A stretch of DNA of 46,057 nucleotides, from the IMG/VR virus record IMGVR_UViG_3300037311_000130; one strand, given 5' to 3'. This DNA is from a virus. The notes below the pieces were generated by a model that saw only the letters and a program-made list of their open reading frames with translations, was not told the DNA's origin and made no database searches. The position numbers and the translations under genes are program-made. Positions 26,719 to 35,083 of this stretch are shown piece by piece (within the stretch, counting starts at the first letter, position 1; each line of letters starts with the position of its first letter).

Positions 26719-28379
26719 AGGTAGAGCAGCGATCCAAGCGACGCTGCGCGCGTGAGGGGAACCTGCTGGTAGTCCTTCCAGACGTCAGCTGCACTGCGCA
26801 TGAGCTGCCTGTTGGTGAGGTTGCGGTTGTTCTTCCGGCGAAGCTCGCGCATCTTGATGCCGGCCATCTGCGCCATGCGCTGGCTGTTGGAGTCGTCGGT
26901 GTCGAGCGTCAGCGCGAGCGCCGCCGCGGTGTAGACCAGGACGTCGGCGTCCTCCTGCGGCACGAACGGCAGCTGGTTGTCCGGCTCCGTCGGGAAGAGC
27001 TGGCGAGCGTAGTACTCGATCACCAAGTAGGGGTCTTCCGTGTTGACCGTCTGCATCGCGACGAGCAGTGGCACCGGGAAGAACCGCAGGCGCATCCGGT
27101 TGTTCGGGCCGGGCCCGCGGCGGATGAACATGTACGGCTGGCCGCCGCTCTGCGTCGCACCCTGCGTGCGGTTGAAGAAGATGTCTTCCGTCAGCTCCTG
27201 CAGCGGACGCTTGTTCCAGTTGCCTGGACGCACGAGCAGGAGCTCCCCGATGTTCTCGGGCATCTCGTACTCGTCCTGGCCGTTGATGAGGTAGAGGCGC
27301 TGCTCGCGCTTCAACCACTGCCAGTAGCCCTCGGTCCTGATGATCGAAGCCTCGGCCTCCATCACGAACCTCAAGTAGGTCTGCAGCTTCATGCGGCCGG
27401 CGACGGTCGCGTTGTACTTGGCGTCGCCGTTCTTCTCGACCAGCTCGATGACGCGGTCGACGATCCGCCCGTAGGTCCACTGGCTGCCAGGCGCGACGAT
27501 CTGCGGCTGCGACGGGTCGTTGACCGTCGCCACCGAGAACAAGCCGCAGCGCATCAGCGAGAGCCCTTGGAGATCGAATGGGCTGACGCCCGCCGGCTGC
27601 GGCGTGACGGTGCCGCTGATGAACTCGAAGCCGGGCACGCCGACCTCGCCCCACAGCGGGTCGCGCCGATCGGTCCAGGTCAGCTTCGGCTGGTTCAGGT
27701 TCCGGTCGTTCAGGTAGACCTCGAGGATGACCTCGGTGTCCGCGCGCCGGATGCGAAGGCGCATGTCCTGCCAGAACCCCTTGTACGGCAGCAGATCGCC
27801 CTGCGCGTAGTTGGTGTCGTCCCACGCGGGATCGACGTTCAGATCGTCGTTGTCGAGCACGACGCTCGTGAGCACGACCATGCCGTCGACCTCGGTGCTC
27901 GCCGGCCGATCCATGTTCGGCAGCCGGCGGTCGGGCATGTACTTCACCAGCTTCAAGGTCGGCGCGCTGCCGTCGAGCGGGCAGGTGACGCGCGCGCCGT
28001 AGCCCTGGTCGTAGCAGTGCGGGTCTTCGTCGCTTCGCAGGTCCACCAGCAGCGGGTCTTTCGACATGCGCGCGAGGATGGTGAAGCTGTTCGGCGTCGT
28101 GATGTTCGCCGGGTCCAGCGCCGTCGCCGTCTGGCCGTCGTGCGCCCACGTCCCGCGCACGACGTAGTCCGCCAAGTCCATCGTGTCGGCGGTGTAGAGC
28201 ACCTGCGACTTCTGCGCGGTGACGCCGGGCAGCAGCGGCGAGAAGCCGCTGACGATCGCGCCGGTGTCGATCGGGATGACCGCTTCGTCGCTGATGACAA
28301 CGCCACCGCATGGGACCGTGTAGTTCGATCCGATGTCGCCATCCGAGCGCGTGAACTTGTCGGAGAACGTGTCGGTCAT
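26715..28379 (-). CDS. Virion structural protein (554 aa); putative head-tail adaptor with an extra N-terminal beta-rich domain
   Basis: ATG at 28379 (1-nt overlap). The C-terminal roughly 250 aa are helical (..YLRFVMEAEASIIRTEGYWQWLKREQRLYLINGQDEYEMP..), as recalled for podoviral adaptors. The assignment comes from synteny. Confidence 0.6.
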   Translation of the reverse strand: MTDTFSDKFTRSDGDIGSNYTVPCGGVVISDEAVIPIDTGAIVSGFSPLLPGVTAQKSQVLYTADTMDLADYVVRGTWAHDGQTATALDPANITTPNSFTILARMSKDPLLVDLRSDEDPHCYDQGYGARVTCPLDGSAPTLKLVKYMPDRRLPNMDRPASTEVDGMVVLTSVVLDNDDLNVDPAWDDTNYAQGDLLPYKGFWQDMRLRIRRADTEVILEVYLNDRNLNQPKLTWTDRRDPLWGEVGVPGFEFISGTVTPQPAGVSPFDLQGLSLMRCGLFSVATVNDPSQPQIVAPGSQWTYGRIVDRVIELVEKNGDAKYNATVAGRMKLQTYLRFVMEAEASIIRTEGYWQWLKREQRLYLINGQDEYEMPENIGELLLVRPGNWNKRPLQELTEDIFFNRTQGATQSGGQPYMFIRRGPGPNNRMRLRFFPVPLLVAMQTVNTEDPYLVIEYYARQLFPTEPDNQLPFVPQEDADVLVYTAAALALTLDTDDSNSQRMAQMAGIKMRELRRKNNRNLTNRQLMRSAADVWKDYQQVPLTRAASLGSLLYL

Positions 28380-28804
28380 CAGGTCACCTTGCAGCTCTTG
28401 TGGCGGTCCAGGTTCTTCCTGTCCTGCCAGTAGTTCTTGTCGCCCGTCTCGCGGATCTTGCCGTGGTAGAGCTCGGCCGGCACCGCGTGCGTCTGCTTGA
28501 TCGAGCCCTTGTTGCCGTCAGCCAGCTGCGATCGACGCTTCTGGATGTGCTGCTTGTAGGCGTCGACCTTCTTCGCGGCCTTCGCTTTGCCGATGCCGAA
28601 GCCGTCGTTGCTGGCCACGCGCATCTGCTCGGGGATGAAGTCGTGGTCGCGGCACGCGCTCGTGTCGATCATCGGCGCGTCGGCTTGCCAGTCGCGCGAT
28701 GCCTCGAGGCGGCACCAGCAGGTGACCGAGGACGGGGGGCCTTTGGAGATCGGGGCCTGGACCTCGTTCGCGTGGCCCTGCGGACAGGTGAAGGTGTAGA
28801 TCAT
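28379..28804 (-). CDS. Zinc-ribbon-like protein (141 aa), hypothetical
   Basis: ATG at 28804 with AGGAAGG upstream. Starts MIYTFTCPQGHANEVQAPISKGPPSSVTCWC, followed by a basic region. Confidence 0.7.
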   Translation of the reverse strand: MIYTFTCPQGHANEVQAPISKGPPSSVTCWCRLEASRDWQADAPMIDTSACRDHDFIPEQMRVASNDGFGIGKAKAAKKVDAYKQHIQKRRSQLADGNKGSIKQTHAVPAELYHGKIRETGDKNYWQDRKNLDRHKSCKVT

Positions 28805-28851
28805 GGCTGGACCTTCCTGACGCCGCGACCGCGGCATCCAGGTCGACCCCC

Positions 28852-28986
28852 TCAACCATACCCCTTCTGCACGATGTTCTTCACCGTCACGTTGCGACAG
28901 TGGGGATTGGTGCAGCGGAGCGTCAGCCTGGTGGCCGAACGCTCCGCCTTCACCTGCGCCCCGCACTTGGTGCAGAGGCGCTCCAC
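28852..28986 (-). CDS. Possible zinc-ribbon mini-protein (44 aa)
   Basis: The GTG lies 2 nt after the capsid TGA. Sequence VERLCTKCGAQVKAERSATRLTLRCTNPHCRNVTVKNIVQKGYG* has CxxC ... CxxxxC. It is short and the start is non-ATG. Confidence 0.4.
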   Translation of the reverse strand: MERLCTKCGAQVKAERSATRLTLRCTNPHCRNVTVKNIVQKGYG

Positions 28987-28988
28987 GA

Positions 28989-30008
28989 TCAGTTCAGGCC
29001 CGTGCAGAGCCCGTCGATGAAGCCGATCGCGTTCGGGGCGAGCACCTCGAGCGTGCCCTCCCATTCCACCATGCCCTTCGTGCTCGAGCCGACCTTCGCC
29101 AGCTCCACGGCCAGGACCGGGCGCAGCACGGCGATGCGGAGCTTGCTGGCCTCCGCCGTCGAGATGCGGTCCGTCCGCTGGTAGCGGTGCAGGAAGATGC
29201 GCTGCGTGCCGAAGTCGCTCTGGTAGAAGTCGACCGTGTTGATGACCGTCCGCTCGTTGACGGGGATGTTGTAGCGGACGTTGCTGTTCGGGTTCATCGT
29301 CAGCGACGAGAGAGCCCGCTTCTGCGCGGCGTTCACCCAGAAGGTGTCCGTCATGGCGCCCTTCTCCCACATCGCCTGCAGGTGACCGTTCAGGATCGCC
29401 TCGGTGATGCAGTCGGTCGGGCTGTTGCCCAGGACGTCGGTGACGGTGCCGATCTCGTTCGCGCCGAGGCCGAGCGTGGTCGCGCAGGTCGGGTCCGACG
29501 CCTCCGCGTACGCGTAGTAGCCGTCCATCTTGCGCGGCAGCACGCCACCGCTGTTGCCCTGCGCCGTCTGGCTCTGGCGCTCCGAGTGGACCAGCGCGAA
29601 CTCGATGAAGCGCGCGAGCTCCATCGTCGCCTTGCGCAGCTGGTAGACGTACTCGTCACGGATGCCAGCGGTGTTGATGTCGCGCTGGGTGTCCGAGACG
29701 TCGAACGTCCGACGGATGATGTGGGTGAGGTTGCACAAACGCTTGCGCGGCACCAGGGGATCGAACGTCGCGTCCGAGCCTTCCGGCGTCGCCTGCACGT
29801 CTGCGTTGCCCACATCCGGGTCGCCGAAGTCGGCGAGGATGTCGACCAGCCACTCGTGGCTGATGTTGTTCGCCGGAACCTTCTCGAACCCGCTCAGGTA
29901 GAGCGTGTCCATCGGCGAGATGTTGGTGATGATGTCGAGGAGGTCTTCGCGGTTGCCGCGACCGACATCGAACGAGTTGAGGACTCCGAGGGAGCCAACG
30001 AACGTCAT
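28989..30008 (-). CDS. Major capsid protein (339 aa), HK97-fold, SU10/DUF5309-like
   Basis: GNREDLLDIITNISPMDTLYLSGF..ISHEWLVD matches the remembered N-terminal signature of this capsid family. It lies directly after a scaffold-like gene. Confidence 0.85.
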   Translation of the reverse strand: MTFVGSLGVLNSFDVGRGNREDLLDIITNISPMDTLYLSGFEKVPANNISHEWLVDILADFGDPDVGNADVQATPEGSDATFDPLVPRKRLCNLTHIIRRTFDVSDTQRDINTAGIRDEYVYQLRKATMELARFIEFALVHSERQSQTAQGNSGGVLPRKMDGYYAYAEASDPTCATTLGLGANEIGTVTDVLGNSPTDCITEAILNGHLQAMWEKGAMTDTFWVNAAQKRALSSLTMNPNSNVRYNIPVNERTVINTVDFYQSDFGTQRIFLHRYQRTDRISTAEASKLRIAVLRPVLAVELAKVGSSTKGMVEWEGTLEVLAPNAIGFIDGLCTGLN

Positions 30009-30063
30009 GGGATCTGCCTCTACCGAACGTGGTGAGAGGCGACCCCGTCAGCAGCTGCGTCGG

Positions 30064-31074
30064 TCAGCGTCCCCCGAACACTCGCCGGCGCAGCATGTCG
30101 TCGACCGCGGCGAGCCCGGCCTTCTGCTCGCGTGGATCGCTCGAGGCGCGCAGCTTGGCCATGCGCTCGGCTTCCTCACGGGCTTCCTGGACGGGATCGG
30201 TTTGCGGCTCCGGCTGCGGCGCGAAACGCGTGTTGGCGAGGGTGGAGCTTCCCGGTGCGACCACCGGCGGAATCGCCACCGCACTCGCCGACTGCCTCGT
30301 CACCAGCTCCTCTTGGTCCGCGACGGCACGGTACGCCTGTTCGATCGAGCAGTGCGGGTTCTTGCCCCGGAACATGTCGATCAGCGGCCCGTGGATCTGC
30401 AGGTCGAACCTCGGGTACTTGTTCGCCAGGGCCTCCATCTCCCGCCGCGCGTCGCGCGACTGGATCTGTTGCAGCTGCGGCTGGACCCGCGACATGATGC
30501 GCTGCTCGAGCTGGTCGAAGTGCTCGCGGAGGCGAGCATCCTGCAGCACGCGCATGCGCGTCTCTGGGTCCAGGTGATCGAGGTTCGCCTGCAGCATCTC
30601 TTGGTGCTGCTGCTCGAGAGCCTGTAGGCGCTGCTGGGTTTGCGCCAGCGTCTCGCCGTACTTGCGGCCCTCATCTCGTGCGGCTGCGAGCTCTGCGTCG
30701 CGTGCCCGAAGCTGGTCCACCAGCTCCTGAATCCGTCGTTGTGCCCTTGGGGAGTCTTGTGCTTCGGCGGACGGAGCCTGACCGACTGGCGCAAGCGGTG
30801 GGGCCTGGCTCCCGTCCAACGTCTGGTTCGGGGTGCCCGCGGGTGGTTGGTCGCCGATCTGCCGAGCGTGCTCGGCCTGTTGGCGCTCCATGGCCATCCT
30901 CGCGTAGCTCCCCTCCGGTGGAGGAGGTGCCGGCGGCTTGCCGTCTGGTCCGACTTCCACAGGTGCCGCTTGCGGCATCTGTCGCCCCTGCGCGATCAGG
31001 TTTCCCCGAAGCGCTTGGGCCGCCCTGTCGGCGTGTGCATTGAAGTTGCTAGGACTTGCTCCTGGCTTGGTCAT
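30064..31074 (-). CDS. Scaffolding protein-like (336 aa)
   Basis: Low complexity, Q/A/E/R-rich and helical (QQRLQALEQQHQEMLQANLDHL..). It lies between the portal and the capsid. Confidence 0.7.
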   Translation of the reverse strand: MTKPGASPSNFNAHADRAAQALRGNLIAQGRQMPQAAPVEVGPDGKPPAPPPPEGSYARMAMERQQAEHARQIGDQPPAGTPNQTLDGSQAPPLAPVGQAPSAEAQDSPRAQRRIQELVDQLRARDAELAAARDEGRKYGETLAQTQQRLQALEQQHQEMLQANLDHLDPETRMRVLQDARLREHFDQLEQRIMSRVQPQLQQIQSRDARREMEALANKYPRFDLQIHGPLIDMFRGKNPHCSIEQAYRAVADQEELVTRQSASAVAIPPVVAPGSSTLANTRFAPQPEPQTDPVQEAREEAERMAKLRASSDPREQKAGLAAVDDMLRRRVFGGR

Positions 31075-31187
31075 CTGGTCTCAGCGTTGCACGACGACGC
31101 TACAAGCAGTGCCGGGGTTGCGGGCGCGAATCCGCGTGCGCGCAGTGGCTTGGCCGATACGAAGCCTCGGCCATCGGGCGCAGCTGC

Positions 31188-31394
31188 TCAGGTCTTGATG
31201 TTGTCGTCGCCGTAGCCGAGCGACGGCGCTTGGTAGTGGTTGTTCGTCGAGGTGGCCGGGTGGCCAGAACGGGTCTTGGAGCCCATCGCCTCGATCGTGG
31301 ACGACATGCCGCTCGAGCGCTCGAGCGCCTTGCGGTTGTCGCCGGTCTTGGCCTGGGCCCCACCGATCGCGTCGCAGTGGCAGGAGTTCTTCAT
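31188..31394 (-). CDS. Hypothetical protein (68 aa)
   Basis: ATGA overlap at 31391-31394. Third-position GC is very high across the ORF. Confidence 0.6.
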   Translation of the reverse strand: MKNSCHCDAIGGAQAKTGDNRKALERSSGMSSTIEAMGSKTRSGHPATSTNNHYQAPSLGYGDDNIKT

Positions 31395-31762
31395 GGTTTC
31401 TCTCGGGGCTTCGGGGTGCGTTTCAGCAGCTCTTCGCGGTCATTCTGCATCCGCTCGAGGTGCCGTGCAAGGGTCGACACGTTGTCGCCGGGGAAGAAGA
31501 GCGCGCGCACGCGCTGCAGGCCAACGACGATCCCGCGGTGTTCGCGCATCTCGTCGTTCGACACCTTGGCGCTGACGAGACGGTCCTTGGCCACGGCGAT
31601 GTTGTCGTCGAGCGCCTTGAGGAAGTCGGCGAAGCCAGCAGAGTCGCGAATGGCCGCGGTGCGCTTCGCCAAGTCGATCGCCGCAGAAACGGTGGCGATC
31701 TGCTGATCGAGGATGGCGAGCTGCTCCCGCTCGCGCTCACGAACGTCCCAGATGTCGCTCAC
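31391..31762 (-). CDS. Hypothetical helical protein (123 aa)
   Basis: The GTG at 31762 overlaps the portal TGA (GTGA). Protein starts MSDIWDVREREREQLAILDQQIATV. Confidence 0.7.
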   Translation of the reverse strand: MSDIWDVREREREQLAILDQQIATVSAAIDLAKRTAAIRDSAGFADFLKALDDNIAVAKDRLVSAKVSNDEMREHRGIVVGLQRVRALFFPGDNVSTLARHLERMQNDREELLKRTPKPREKP

Positions 31763-34155
31763 TGCGCCCCCGCGTTCGGAGCCTGCCGGCCGGCATTGCT
31801 CTTCGCCTCACTGCCTTCGCCGCGCTCACCCTCGCCGCGGCGGACCTTCGGCGACTCCGGGTCTTGCTCAGGCCCGGCCGCGCCGGCGATCGGAGAACCA
31901 CCGCCCTGGCCGCCGCCGGCGGCCTGCTGCATCGAGCCCTGCTGCGACGCTTGCATGAGCATCTGCTCCTGCATCATCTGCATCAGCTCGATCTTGCGCA
32001 TGTGCTCCGCGATGTGCGCGCGAGCGCGCGCGGCGGTGCCTGGCGAGGTCTTCTCGAGGAGCGCGAAGCGATCGCTGGCGAGCTCCTCCATGTGCGCCAA
32101 GTAGTGGCGCATGTCGTTGTCGTCCGGCTTGCGCGGCGGGATCTTGAGGTGGTACCAGAGCTCGTGCTCCTGGCTCGGCGTCATCAGCTTGCCTTCCATC
32201 GGAAGGCTGATGAAGTCGTCGACGTTGCGGATGTCGAAGCCCATCTCGAGGATGTGCGCGAGCAGCCGCGGCATGTTGACCGCCTGCGGCCCGTACATCT
32301 GGTTGATGATCGGCGCGCGGTCGAGGATGTTCGTCAGCTGCTGCACCTGTGTCTGCTTGGTCGTCAGCCGGTGGCTGGCCAGCGGCGTGACGATGAAGCG
32401 GCCGATGATGTCCTCGGGCCGGATGGTGTAGCGGTCCTGAAACCGCTGGCCCAGCTGACCGAGTTCGCGGATGACGCGCGGGTAGCTGAGGAACTGCTGG
32501 TTGTTCCACGCCATCTTCTCGAGGAGAGGCACGGCGACGTCGGCCTCGAATCCCTCGACCATGGAGACGATGCGCATGTTCGCTTCGTCGATCTCGGCCA
32601 TGTGCTGCGTCGCCGTCTTGCTGTCGCCGAACGGGTCGCGGCCACCCATGCTCGGCGACGTGGCGCCGCTGGTCTCGCGGATGTCCATGGTCAGCACGTT
32701 CTCGGCCTTTAACGCCGAGTCGCTGACCTGCGGAACGTGCAGCGGCGCGATGCTGTCTTCGAGCGACGGCACGCGCACAGCAAGGCCCGGCTCGAGCACG
32801 AGCTGTCCAGGCGGGATGTTCGCCGCGTCGCTGACGAGCCACATCGGGTTCGCTTCAAGCTGCGTCGCGGACATGAGCAGGTTGCGCTTCATGTCCTTCT
32901 CCATCGAGAGGCGGGCGATCATCTCGAGCGAGCCGATGCCGTAGAACTCGTCCTCGAGCATGATCGGGCGCCAAGCCTGGTAGGGCTTGCGCTGATGCCA
33001 GAACGGGTTGACGGTCACGCGCACGACGAGCTGCAGGCTCTTCGGCTCGACCATGACGACGTTGCAGATGCGCGTCTCGAGGTTGCCGCGGTCGTTCTTG
33101 ATGACCAGCGGGCCCCACCAATCGAGGATCTCGTAGTGCGGGACGTGCGGTGCCCAGCTGGCTTCGCGCGGGTCGAACACGCCGTAGGCATAGCTCTTCC
33201 GTTCCTTGAACTCGTCGCCGAACGACGTGTCGCCGCTGCCGGGATGGTCGCGCAGCTTCTCGAGGTTGATCCAGTGGCCGAGCTCGCCCATCTCCTTCAC
33301 CTTGAAGTCGGCCATCGCGCTGCGATCGGCGCACCACTCGGCGTCGTCGATCGTGCTCGCGTTCGGCGCGGTGAGGAAGTCGAAGATGGTGACGTTCTTG
33401 ACGAAGTTGCCGTCGAAGATGATCTCCTTCTGCTTTACCTCGGAGAGCTCGACCTTCGACGTGCCGGGCATCTTCTCGTCGGGAACGCGACGGCCGTTGC
33501 GGTAGGTCATCTCCCCGATATCCTGCCGCCAGTAGACCTTGTTGATCGCGGTGCCGTAGATCAGGCCGCTTCGGACGAAGCGGTTCATCTCGGATTGGAA
33601 GCGGCTCGCGCGCAGCTGGTCGCGGCAGAGCGTCTCTTGCGCCTGCGCGGCGCCTTCGTGCTCCTCGTGGACGCCGTCGAACTTGAACCAGCGCGACTGC
33701 GCGAAGAGCGCGCGCATGATCTTCGGGTGCAGCGTCTCGACGATCTTGTAGGGCTCAGGGCTGTGGAGGCGCGTGCGACCGTAGGTGTACTGATCGAGGC
33801 TCTCGCCGCGGTAGAGCCGGTAGAGCACCAGCCACTTGTTCCGCAGGAACTCCATGACGTTGAACACGTCCTTCACGCCGGAGAGCACGGCGCCCTTGGC
33901 TTGCTCGACGACGAAAGGATCGTTCGCGAGGTTCGGGAAGCCGACGCTCTCCTCGTAGAGCCGGGCCTTCTGCTCGATGTCGGTGCCATCCGTCGCCGCC
34001 GACTCCGTCAACTCATAGGGTGCGAGGACGGGCTCGGTGCCCTTGCGCCGGCGGAACCGGCCCATTCCGCGCGACGCGACGGCCTCCACTCCGGTTCGCG
34101 GGTTCGGCGGGCTGCCCGCGGTGAACGACTGTCCCTGGAATCCCTTGTCGGCCAT
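31759..34155 (-). CDS. Portal protein (798 aa)
   Basis: The call rests on size, its position between the terminase region and scaffold/capsid, and a G/Q-rich C-terminal tail. The first 48 codons are overlapped by the read-through tail of the upstream ORF. Confidence 0.8.
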   Translation of the reverse strand: MADKGFQGQSFTAGSPPNPRTGVEAVASRGMGRFRRRKGTEPVLAPYELTESAATDGTDIEQKARLYEESVGFPNLANDPFVVEQAKGAVLSGVKDVFNVMEFLRNKWLVLYRLYRGESLDQYTYGRTRLHSPEPYKIVETLHPKIMRALFAQSRWFKFDGVHEEHEGAAQAQETLCRDQLRASRFQSEMNRFVRSGLIYGTAINKVYWRQDIGEMTYRNGRRVPDEKMPGTSKVELSEVKQKEIIFDGNFVKNVTIFDFLTAPNASTIDDAEWCADRSAMADFKVKEMGELGHWINLEKLRDHPGSGDTSFGDEFKERKSYAYGVFDPREASWAPHVPHYEILDWWGPLVIKNDRGNLETRICNVVMVEPKSLQLVVRVTVNPFWHQRKPYQAWRPIMLEDEFYGIGSLEMIARLSMEKDMKRNLLMSATQLEANPMWLVSDAANIPPGQLVLEPGLAVRVPSLEDSIAPLHVPQVSDSALKAENVLTMDIRETSGATSPSMGGRDPFGDSKTATQHMAEIDEANMRIVSMVEGFEADVAVPLLEKMAWNNQQFLSYPRVIRELGQLGQRFQDRYTIRPEDIIGRFIVTPLASHRLTTKQTQVQQLTNILDRAPIINQMYGPQAVNMPRLLAHILEMGFDIRNVDDFISLPMEGKLMTPSQEHELWYHLKIPPRKPDDNDMRHYLAHMEELASDRFALLEKTSPGTAARARAHIAEHMRKIELMQMMQEQMLMQASQQGSMQQAAGGGQGGGSPIAGAAGPEQDPESPKVRRGEGERGEGSEAKSNAGRQAPNAGAQ

Positions 34156-35083
34156 CGGTCACTTGCCTCGCTTCACGTCGCTGGGTTCCTCGATCCGGTC
34201 GAGGTCGTCCGATCGGAGGGGCATCGGCAGCGTTCTGCTCTGCTGCACTTCCTCCTGAACCTGCTGCTTGTTCTGCGGGCCGATCGCATTCACCTGCTGC
34301 AGCAGATCGTCCGAGAGCTTGGGCTTGTTCCTCATCGAGAACCTCGAGCGCGTCGTAGATGGGGCCGGACCACCCTGGCCAGAGCAGGGCGCGACCAGGC
34401 CACTGCCGACGGTACCACGTCAGCCAGTCGATCGCACGACCGGGATCGGAGTAGAACGTCGATCGCTTGGTCACCGGGTTCTCGCGGCCGAAGAAGTAGC
34501 CACCACCGCTCTGCAGCGTGAAGCCGCAGAGGTAGATGGGCCAGCACCCCATCAGCGTCGCGGTCTGCAGCATGTAGCAGACGCTGTTGCCGCCAGGGTG
34601 GTAGGGGTCCGTGAACTTCTCTGGCATGAACGGCGGCACCCACGCAGCCTGCCACTTGCCGCCGTTGTCGCGACGGCCGCCCTTCGGCAGTGCGATGTCG
34701 AAGTCGCAGGTCGGCCACTTGCGGCGGCCGACGACGCGCATCTCGTGCGAGCCTGCGACGCTGTAGGGACCGCCGCCGAAGATGCGCGAGTGAACTACAA
34801 CAACCAGGGAGTCGGGGCATCCAGAGAGAGCTGATCGCTCGCTCTGCCAGACGTTCGCGTCTGCAACATGCCAAACGCTGGGGACCAACGCTCGGAGGGT
34901 CCAGTTGCTGCCGATGACGATGCGACCGCGAGCAGCTTCGATGCAGGAGGAGTCAACCAGTCCGGCGGCTCCCCCAAAGAGGAAGCAAGGGCGGCCGGTA
35001 GCGATGCCCACAAGCCAGTTCGGATCAGCACCTCGGCCGCTCGGTGGGTGTAGCTGTGCCGCTTGGAAATCAGGTAGGAGCAT
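34013..35083 (-). CDS. DUF115 / MptE-like (Maf-type) putative sugar transferase; both ends uncertain
   Basis: RPCFLFGGAAGL..IVIGSNW and GGNSVCYMLQTATLMGCWPIYLCGF resemble the two Rossmann-type blocks recalled for this family. The start may be the GTG at 35011. The last roughly 107 codons (34013-34335) look out-of-frame (R/A/G/P-rich, low GC3). Confidence 0.5.
   Translation of the reverse strand: MLLPDFQAAQLHPPSGRGADPNWLVGIATGRPCFLFGGAAGLVDSSCIEAARGRIVIGSNWTLRALVPSVWHVADANVWQSERSALSGCPDSLVVVVHSRIFGGGPYSVAGSHEMRVVGRRKWPTCDFDIALPKGGRRDNGGKWQAAWVPPFMPEKFTDPYHPGGNSVCYMLQTATLMGCWPIYLCGFTLQSGGGYFFGRENPVTKRSTFYSDPGRAIDWLTWYRRQWPGRALLWPGWSGPIYDALEVLDEEQAQALGRSAAAGECDRPAEQAAGSGGSAAEQNAADAPPIGRPRPDRGTQRREARQVTDGRQGIPGTVVHRGQPAEPANRSGGRRVARNGPVPPAQGHRARPRTL
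34159..34335 (-). CDS. Hidden small ORF (58 aa) immediately upstream of the portal
   Basis: It is below the track cut-off. Sequence MRNKPKLSDDLLQQVNAIGPQNKQQVQEEVQQSRTLPMPLRSDDLDRIEEPSDVKRGK*. GC3 is much higher than in the overlapping frame. The TGA lies 3 nt before the portal ATG. Confidence 0.6.
   Translation of the reverse strand: MRNKPKLSDDLLQQVNAIGPQNKQQVQEEVQQSRTLPMPLRSDDLDRIEEPSDVKRGK

Noticed and set aside
22046-28433. ORFs 22046..26017(+), 26673..28433(+), 26785..28311(-), and the N-terminal extension of 22013..26260(-).
   Set aside because: They are out of frame or antisense to the tail genes. The 142-codon extension of 22013..26260 overlaps the upstream gene and is Arg-rich. The ATG at 25834 gives the usual 1-nt junction.
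34013-34155. An alternative portal start downstream of the overlapping ORF (TTG just after the 34013 stop, or ATG at 34065).
   Set aside because: The ATG at 34155 lies 3 nt after the stop of the 58-aa ORF, and its frame has good GC3 from the first codon. I kept it as the working start but did not exclude the alternatives.
32737-34521. 594-aa plus-strand ORF antisense to the portal; likewise 37195..38931(+) antisense to terL and 39457..40491(+) antisense to the GT9 gene.
   Set aside because: These are shadow ORFs. The opposing frames carry the recognisable portal, terminase and GT9 features and the GC3 signal.
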